A DNA stretch of 64,000 bases from Alphaproteobacteria bacterium (GTDB lineage: Bacteria > Pseudomonadota > Alphaproteobacteria > UBA2966). Every line of letters begins with the position of its first letter. The stretch's first letter is position 1. The translations under genes were made by a program, and so were the position numbers. The DNA lies in contig OZ219856.1 in the NCBI GenBank assembly GCA_964291395.2, positions 2,144,001 to 2,208,000 on the forward strand, read 5' to 3'. Shown piece after piece: positions 58,193-64,000 of the stretch. A model generated the notes under the pieces. The model had not been told where the DNA came from and did not search any database. It saw only the letters and a list, made by a program, of their open reading frames with translations.

Positions 58193-61100
58193 ATGCCGGA
58201 GAGGCGCGTGATGAACACCGAAGTTCATCTCGAACCACTCTTGAGCCCTGCCGAATCGGCCGGACGAGGGACCAGAGCTGCCCTCTTGAGGTGGCCTCCG
58301 CTCCGGTCTCGATCGACATCTCAGTGCATCGGTCGTCGTTCAACTCGGTGGGGTTGGCGACGGCCCAAACCTGCTCACCGGTTCGGGGCAGCTCCGCTGG
58401 CGGGAGTGTTCACCCGCTGCCGCTCACGCATCCGCAAGCGCGCAGCAATCTCATCGCCGAACCGCCCCGTGGCGTCCGCTCGCGCGGCTCTGGCGGCGGC
58501 CGTCCTGGCTTTCGCCGTCTGCCTGCCGTCTGCCGCCGACCGGGCACGGGGACAGGCGCAGGCGGCAACCGTTTCCGAAGGCTGGCCGCTCATCCCGACG
58601 GGCTCCGGCGGCCAGCCGTTGTTCTCCGTGGGCGGGCAGTTCCGGCTGCTGTTCGTCACCTCCTCGGGGATCAAGGCGAGTTCCGTCGCGGTCGGTCCCT
58701 ACAATGCCTTCGTTCGCAAGAAGGCAGCCGGGAACGCGGCGCTCACGGGTTTCAGCGGCAAGTTCAAGGCCCTGGTTTCCGTCAAGGCCGCGACCGTACA
58801 AGGCTCCGTCGACGCCCGGGACAATACAGCCACCACCGGGACGGGCGTGCCCATCTACTGGCTGAACGGCGCGAAGGCGGCCGACGACTACGCCGATTTC
58901 TACGACGGGAACTGGGATTCCCGCGCCGGGCGCAACGAGGCCGGGGGTGCGCACCAACCCTATCTCATCTGGACCGGCTCCAAGGCCGACGGAACGAAAA
59001 AGAGCCACGGCTCCATAGGTACGGTCTACGTCACCGTGGGGAATCTGAGCGCCGGCAAGGAAATCGATGCCGGCGTCAAGGCGCCCAGCGGTGGATCGCT
59101 GCCCCTGTACGGGCTCTCCCCGGTCATCACCGTGGTCGCCGCGCCCACGCAGGACAGCACGCCGCCCAAGGTGAAACTGTTCCGCCGGTCGGTCGGGACA
59201 CAGAAGGCGCCCTTCGAGATCGACATCAACTTCGACGAGAACGTCACCGGCCTGCAATTGAGCGAGATCGCGGTCACCAAGGGCGTGCCGTCGAACCTGC
59301 AAGGCCAGGGCGCGCGCTACACCGTCACCGTCACGCCGAGCGAGGACACGGCCGGCTCGCTGACGGTGACGGTGCCGGCCGGCGCGGTCACCGATGCGGC
59401 CGGCAACGCCAACGCCGAAGCAGCGCAGCTCACCGTCCCGATCGACACCCGAAGGCCGCGGGCACGGATCACCGTGAAAGAACCGAACGTGGAGGTCGCG
59501 GGCGCGTTCGTCGTCACCATCACCTTCACCGAGCGGATCAGGGGTTTCGACGCCACCGATCTCGAGGTCATCAACGGGAAGGCCTCGAATCTGAGGAGCC
59601 CGCAGAACAAGCCGAAAGTCTACCTCGCCACCATCACGCCTGCCGCGTCCGGCACCGTGATCGTGCATCTGCCGGCCGGGAAGGTCGAGGACATGGACCT
59701 GGCCCGCAACCCCAACGTCGCCTCGAATCGGATCATCATCCACGCCAAGATGCGCGATATCCGCATCCTCCCGCCGAGGGAGCAGCGGGTATCGGCGGAC
59801 TGGCCGCTCATCCCCGAGGATTCCGATGGCCGCACGCCGGGGCGCTTCCGGCTGCTGTTCGTCACCTCCGACCGCTACACCCACTACAACAAGCCTTGGG
59901 ACTCTCCCACCAGCATCAAGTATCACAACGACTTCGTTCAGGCGGCAACGTCACGCAACCCGCATCTGAAGAGTTTCAAGGGCGGGACCCGAGCCCTGAT
60001 CTCCACGATGGTGACCGATGCCCGGGTCAACACCGCCACCACCGGGACGGGCGTGCCTATCTACTGGTTGAATGGAGAGCGGGTGGCCGACAGCTACGCC
60101 GATTTCTACGACGGCACCTGGGCGTCCTATTCCGTCAAGAACGAACGGGGGGCCGACTACAAGCCGGGGCTCATATGGACCGGCTCGAACAAAAACGGAA
60201 CCAAAGCCAACGACGCACAGAGAGCGTTTCATAGCGCGCATAGCTTTCATGCCAGAGTGGGGGACCCGGGGAGCAAGAGACCGATCGACGGCGGCTTCGC
60301 CGTGGCGGAGTACCCCGTCCTGGCAGACGGCACGCGGGGCGCTCGTTCGCTGCCGCTCTACGGTCTTTCGCCGGTGTTCGTCGTTCAGTCCCGTCAGCGG
60401 TCGGCCCCGACGGTCACGCTGAACCTCTCGCCGGACACCGTCGATGAGAACGGCGGGACGGCCACGGTGACGGCGTCTCTGGACCGGGCGTCGGGCGCGG
60501 AGACCGTGGTGACGGTGACCGCCACGCCGGACGCTCCGGCGGAGGCGGCGGACATCCGGCAGAGCGGGACCACGCTGACCATCCCGGCGGGGCAGACGGC
60601 GAGCACCGGGTCGGTGACGATCACGGCCGTCGACAACGCGGTGGACGCGCCCGACAGGACGGTGACGGTGTCGGGAACGGCGGCCAACGCGGAGGGAGTG
60701 ACGGACCCCGAAGCGGTGACCCTGACGATCGAAGACGACGATGAGACGCCGACGGTCACGCTGGCGCTGTCGCGGTCCTCGATCTCGGAGAACGGCGGGA
60801 CGGCGGCGGTGACGGCGAGGCTGGACCGGGCGTCGGGCGCGCCGACGGTGGTGACGGTGGCCGCCTCGCCGGACGCTCCGGCGCAGGCGGCCGACTACAG
60901 GCTGAGCGGGACCACGCTGACCATCCCGGCGGGGCAGACGGCGAGCACCGGGTCGGTGACGATCACGGCCGTCGACAACGCGGTGGACGCGCCCGACAAG
61001 ACGGTGTCGGTGTCGGGAACGGCACGCAACGCGGAGGGCGTGACGGGTCCCGGACCGGCGACGCTGACGATCCGCGACGACGACGGCGACCCGGACAGGA

Positions 61101-61405
61101 CGAGGCCGACGGTGGAAATCACTCCCCCGGCGGGAGCGCAAAGGGGTTCGTTCGGGGTGACCATCGTCTTCAGCGAGCCGGTCAAGTGGTTCAGGCTCGA
61201 GGACATCGCGGTCGACAACGGAACGGCGGGCAACTTCACGGATGTGGGCGACGGTCTTGCCAATATCTACTCGGCGACCATCACGCCCGCGGCCGGGTTC
61301 ATCGGGACGGTGACGGTCAGCGTTCCGGAGAACGTCGCGGCGGACTCGGACGGCGATCTCAACGAAGCGTCGCCGTCCGTGCCCCGTTGGTATCGTGGAC
61401 CTTGA
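58193..61405 (+). CDS. Large secreted adhesin, N-terminal part (2 lectin/endostatin-like domains, Ig-like and Calx-beta-like repeats)
   Basis: Signal-like segment ending AQA; two WPLIP...FRLLFVTS...TGTGVPIYWLNG...YADFYDG.W...LYGLSPV domains; TDAAGN and FSEPV Ig motifs; IEDDD repeats. Confidence 0.8.
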   Translation: MPERRVMNTEVHLEPLLSPAESAGRGTRAALLRWPPLRSRSTSQCIGRRSTRWGWRRPKPAHRFGAAPLAGVFTRCRSRIRKRAAISSPNRPVASARAALAAAVLAFAVCLPSAADRARGQAQAATVSEGWPLIPTGSGGQPLFSVGGQFRLLFVTSSGIKASSVAVGPYNAFVRKKAAGNAALTGFSGKFKALVSVKAATVQGSVDARDNTATTGTGVPIYWLNGAKAADDYADFYDGNWDSRAGRNEAGGAHQPYLIWTGSKADGTKKSHGSIGTVYVTVGNLSAGKEIDAGVKAPSGGSLPLYGLSPVITVVAAPTQDSTPPKVKLFRRSVGTQKAPFEIDINFDENVTGLQLSEIAVTKGVPSNLQGQGARYTVTVTPSEDTAGSLTVTVPAGAVTDAAGNANAEAAQLTVPIDTRRPRARITVKEPNVEVAGAFVVTITFTERIRGFDATDLEVINGKASNLRSPQNKPKVYLATITPAASGTVIVHLPAGKVEDMDLARNPNVASNRIIIHAKMRDIRILPPREQRVSADWPLIPEDSDGRTPGRFRLLFVTSDRYTHYNKPWDSPTSIKYHNDFVQAATSRNPHLKSFKGGTRALISTMVTDARVNTATTGTGVPIYWLNGERVADSYADFYDGTWASYSVKNERGADYKPGLIWTGSNKNGTKANDAQRAFHSAHSFHARVGDPGSKRPIDGGFAVAEYPVLADGTRGARSLPLYGLSPVFVVQSRQRSAPTVTLNLSPDTVDENGGTATVTASLDRASGAETVVTVTATPDAPAEAADIRQSGTTLTIPAGQTASTGSVTITAVDNAVDAPDRTVTVSGTAANAEGVTDPEAVTLTIEDDDETPTVTLALSRSSISENGGTAAVTARLDRASGAPTVVTVAASPDAPAQAADYRLSGTTLTIPAGQTASTGSVTITAVDNAVDAPDKTVSVSGTARNAEGVTGPGPATLTIRDDDGDPDRTRPTVEITPPAGAQRGSFGVTIVFSEPVKWFRLEDIAVDNGTAGNFTDVGDGLANIYSATITPAAGFIGTVTVSVPENVAADSDGDLNEASPSVPRWYRGP

Positions 61406-62060
61406 CGCTCCGGCGCAGGCGGCCGACTACAGGCTGAGCGGGACCACGCTGACCATCCCGGCGGGCGAGAGGACGAGCACCGGGACGGTGACGATCGCGG
61501 CCGTCGACAACGCGGTGGACGCGCCCGACAAGACGGTGTCGGTGTCGGGAACGGCGCGCAACGCGGAGGGCGTGACGGGTCCCGGACCGGTGACGCTGAC
61601 GATCAAGGACGACGATGAGACGCCGACGGTCGCGCTGGCGCTGTCGCGGTCCTCGATCTCGGAGAACGGCGGGACGGCGGCGGTGACGGCGAGGCTGGAC
61701 CGGGCGTCGAGCGCGCCGACGGTGGTGACGGTGGCCGCCTCGCCGGACGCTCCGGCGCAGGCGGCCGACTACAGGCTGAGCGGGACCACGCTGACCATCC
61801 CGGCGGGCGAGAGGACGAGCACCGGGACGGTGATCCCGGCGTGTGAAGCTGACGATCAAGGACGACACCTGGCCGGTCAATCGAGTCTACACCAGGCCCT
61901 GCAATCGAACGCCCAAGCCCTCGAGGACGGCACCTTGTCGCGGCCGTCGACAACTGGGTGGCGGAGCCCGACAAGACGGTGTCGGTGTCGGGAACGGCGC
62001 GCAACACGCAGGGGGTGACCGGCCCTGAACCGGTGGCGCTGACGATCGAAGACGATGACG
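60405..62060 (+). repeat. Tandem ~340-bp Calx-beta/Ig-like coding repeats (2 full, about 3 partial)
   Basis: Near-identical blocks encoding SGTTLTIPAG...AVDNAVDAPDKTVSVSGTARN. Confidence 0.9.
61395..62018 (+). pseudogene. Out-of-frame middle fragment of the adhesin
   Basis: Same repeats in a shifted frame; contains a misplaced 71-bp copy of 62196-62266. Confidence 0.7.
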
Positions 62061-63955
62061 CTTCCGCCTTCATAAGGCGTCTGAACCAGGTCGTCCAGGA
62101 GCTCCTGCCGCACGTCAACCAGGCGATGGTCGACAGCACGCACGCCGCCATCACGGACCGCCTCGGTTCGGCGCCCTCATGCGTGGAAGCCACGAACCTT
62201 GCCGGTCAATCGAGTCTCCACCAGGCCCTGCAATCGAACGCCCAAGCCCTCGAGGACGGCACCTTGCGGGCTGAGCAGGCGCTTCCCGGCACGTCATTCG
62301 TGCTGCCGCTCTCCGATCAGTCCACGCCGATGCGGATGGCCTGTCTCTGGGGCAGTGGCGACTACCGCGCCATGGCGGGCGGCGGCGATCGCGTGGTGAC
62401 GTGGGACGGCGATATCGTCGGCGCCCGCCTCGGGGCCGATATGCGGACGCGGGACGACGTTCTGACGGGCGTGGCGGTGTCGTGGTCGAAGGGAGGGTTC
62501 GACTGGACGGACCGGGGCGGTGAGAAGCGGGTCGACGGCACCTACGAGAGCCGGATGACGAGCGTGCACCCCTATGTGGGCTGGTCCGTGGACGAAGGGC
62601 TCAGCATATGGGCGACGGCAGGTCTTGGCAGGGGCGATATCGAGATCGACGATGAGGAGGCCGGCCGGCATGAGAGCCGCACGTCGATGCGGACGGCGGC
62701 GGCGGGCGGGCGCGTCGATCTGCTCGCGAACGACCGCCTGATCGCGGGCGGCACGACGCTGCTCAGGCTCAAGAGCGAAGGCTCCGTGGCCCGTGCCGAG
62801 GCGGAGGGCGGCGGCTTGATCGACCCGCTCACCGTGGACACGAGCCGGCTGCGCCTGACATTGGAGGCGAGCCACGCGCGACCGCTCGCCGGGGGCGGGC
62901 ACCTGACCCCGACGCTGGAGGTGGGCGCCCGACATGACGGAGGCGACGGGGAGACCGGCTTCGGAGTGGAGCTGGGGGGCGGCCTGCGCTATGAAGATCC
63001 TGCCTTGGGCCTGACGGTAGAGAGCCGCGCCCGAGTGCTGGCAACGCGCCGCCACGACTACGAGGAATGGGGGATCGGTGGCTTGGCGCGGCTCGATCCC
63101 GGAGCCGATGGCATCGGCCCGTCGTTCAGCCTGATGCCGACGCTGGGCGAAACGGCGGGCGGCGTCGAGAGGGTGTGGGAGCGGGTCGCGGCCGCCGACG
63201 AGCCGGCCGATAACGATAGCACGCCCTACGGGGTGAATGCCGAGTTCGGATACGGGCTGCCGGCCTTTGACGGAGCCGGGGTCCTCACGCCTTACACGGA
63301 CCTCTCACTCACGGATGGAGGCCGCGAGTGGCTTGCCGGGACGCGGTTTCGGATGGGGGCGCTCGACGCGGACGTCTTGGGCGCGCTGGCGCGGAGCGCA
63401 TCCGGCGAGTCCGACTATCGCGTCGGTATCGCGTTGAGCCTGCCGCTCGGCGGCGGATCCGCGGGCGGGTCCGGGCAACCCGAGAAGCAACAGTCCCGAC
63501 CGATGCCAACGCAGCCGGCCCTGCGGTCGGGGACGAGTGCACCGGCGAAGCCGGAGCCCGGCATGGCTTCATCGTCCGCGGCCGCCCAACCGGCGCCGGC
63601 GCCGGTGCCGGGACCCGCGGCGACGCAGCCATCCGGGCCCCCGGTCCCGGAGCGGGTTGCCGCCCCTGCGGCCGAGTCGGTCGCGGAGCCTTCCCCTGCG
63701 CCGCGCTGGCGCGTACAGCTCGGCGCGTTCTCCGACGAGGCCAACGCGGTCAGGGCAAGGACCGCGCTCGAATCCATGTTCGACGACATCCTCGTCCGTG
63801 CCCGACACGCGCTCGTCGTCGACAACTCGAAAGCCGACGGACTCTCGCGCGTCGTCATCGCCGATGCGTTCACCGGACGCGGCGCGGCCGCCGCGCTCTG
63901 CTCGGCAATCAAGGCCCGCGGGCAGGACTGTTACGTCGCGCCGTTCCGGCGGTAG
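61958..63955 (+). CDS. Adhesin C-terminal part: autotransporter-like beta-barrel, Pro/Ala linker, SPOR domain
   Basis: LWGSGDYR, LGAD, GVAVSWS, HPYVGW, RHDGGDGETGFGVELGGG, EFGYG; then PAPAP linker and WRVQLGAFSDEANA...ALCSAIKARGQDCYV. Confidence 0.82.
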   Translation: MAEPDKTVSVSGTARNTQGVTGPEPVALTIEDDDASAFIRRLNQVVQELLPHVNQAMVDSTHAAITDRLGSAPSCVEATNLAGQSSLHQALQSNAQALEDGTLRAEQALPGTSFVLPLSDQSTPMRMACLWGSGDYRAMAGGGDRVVTWDGDIVGARLGADMRTRDDVLTGVAVSWSKGGFDWTDRGGEKRVDGTYESRMTSVHPYVGWSVDEGLSIWATAGLGRGDIEIDDEEAGRHESRTSMRTAAAGGRVDLLANDRLIAGGTTLLRLKSEGSVARAEAEGGGLIDPLTVDTSRLRLTLEASHARPLAGGGHLTPTLEVGARHDGGDGETGFGVELGGGLRYEDPALGLTVESRARVLATRRHDYEEWGIGGLARLDPGADGIGPSFSLMPTLGETAGGVERVWERVAAADEPADNDSTPYGVNAEFGYGLPAFDGAGVLTPYTDLSLTDGGREWLAGTRFRMGALDADVLGALARSASGESDYRVGIALSLPLGGGSAGGSGQPEKQQSRPMPTQPALRSGTSAPAKPEPGMASSSAAAQPAPAPVPGPAATQPSGPPVPERVAAPAAESVAEPSPAPRWRVQLGAFSDEANAVRARTALESMFDDILVRARHALVVDNSKADGLSRVVIADAFTGRGAAAALCSAIKARGQDCYVAPFRR

Positions 63956-64000
63956 TCGAACGGCCGGGGCTCCTCGTGGCGGCGCGGCACCGCCCGGACC

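Noticed and set aside
5259-60234. Many long antisense or alternate-frame ORFs (e.g. 5259-6578, 18406-19932, 43387-45363, 58123-60234)
   Set aside because: Shadow ORFs expected in high-GC DNA; they overlap well-supported genes and lack motifs
58580-62060. DGR or CRISPR array in the repeat region
   Set aside because: Repeats are long and protein-coding, without spacers; no reverse transcriptase and no adenine-specific variation seen

Overview
High-GC bacterial DNA, most likely alphaproteobacterial; the adhesin and catabolic content would fit a marine or host-associated lifestyle (inference). All calls come from motif recognition, with no database search. Five zones. (1) 0.1-4.4 kb: YdhR-like gene, AT-rich intergenic region, small ORFs, RhlE-type DEAD-box helicase. 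(2) 4.1-17.4 kb: accessory mosaic with tyrosine-recombinase remnants. A 63-bp direct repeat (4310-4372 / 14419-14481) brackets a GPP34/GOLPH3 gene, an ATPase-less amino-acid ABC module, an RsbW/STAS pair, a hydrolase/AraC pair and nirK; DUF3047, a cas3-like stub, an aldolase and rcnA follow. (3) 17.4-50.2 kb: catabolic genes (two Rieske oxygenases, GS-like ligase, betaine-type ABC transporter, PhyH, GGT, hydantoinase/oxoprolinase A plus two B subunits, GcvT-family oxidoreductase, Mo-hydroxylase large subunit). (4) 50.3-54.8 kb: two paralogous uncharacterised genes, then a decayed island bounded by a ~413-bp direct repeat ending in a tRNA-fMet 3' fragment. It holds a serine-recombinase tail, an intact Phd-VapC module and defence-like pseudogenes. 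(5) 54.9-64 kb: oxidoreductase, two divergent paralogous TetR genes, and a large fragmented adhesin whose autotransporter-like barrel is followed by a SPOR domain. No rRNA, complete tRNA or CRISPR array was seen.
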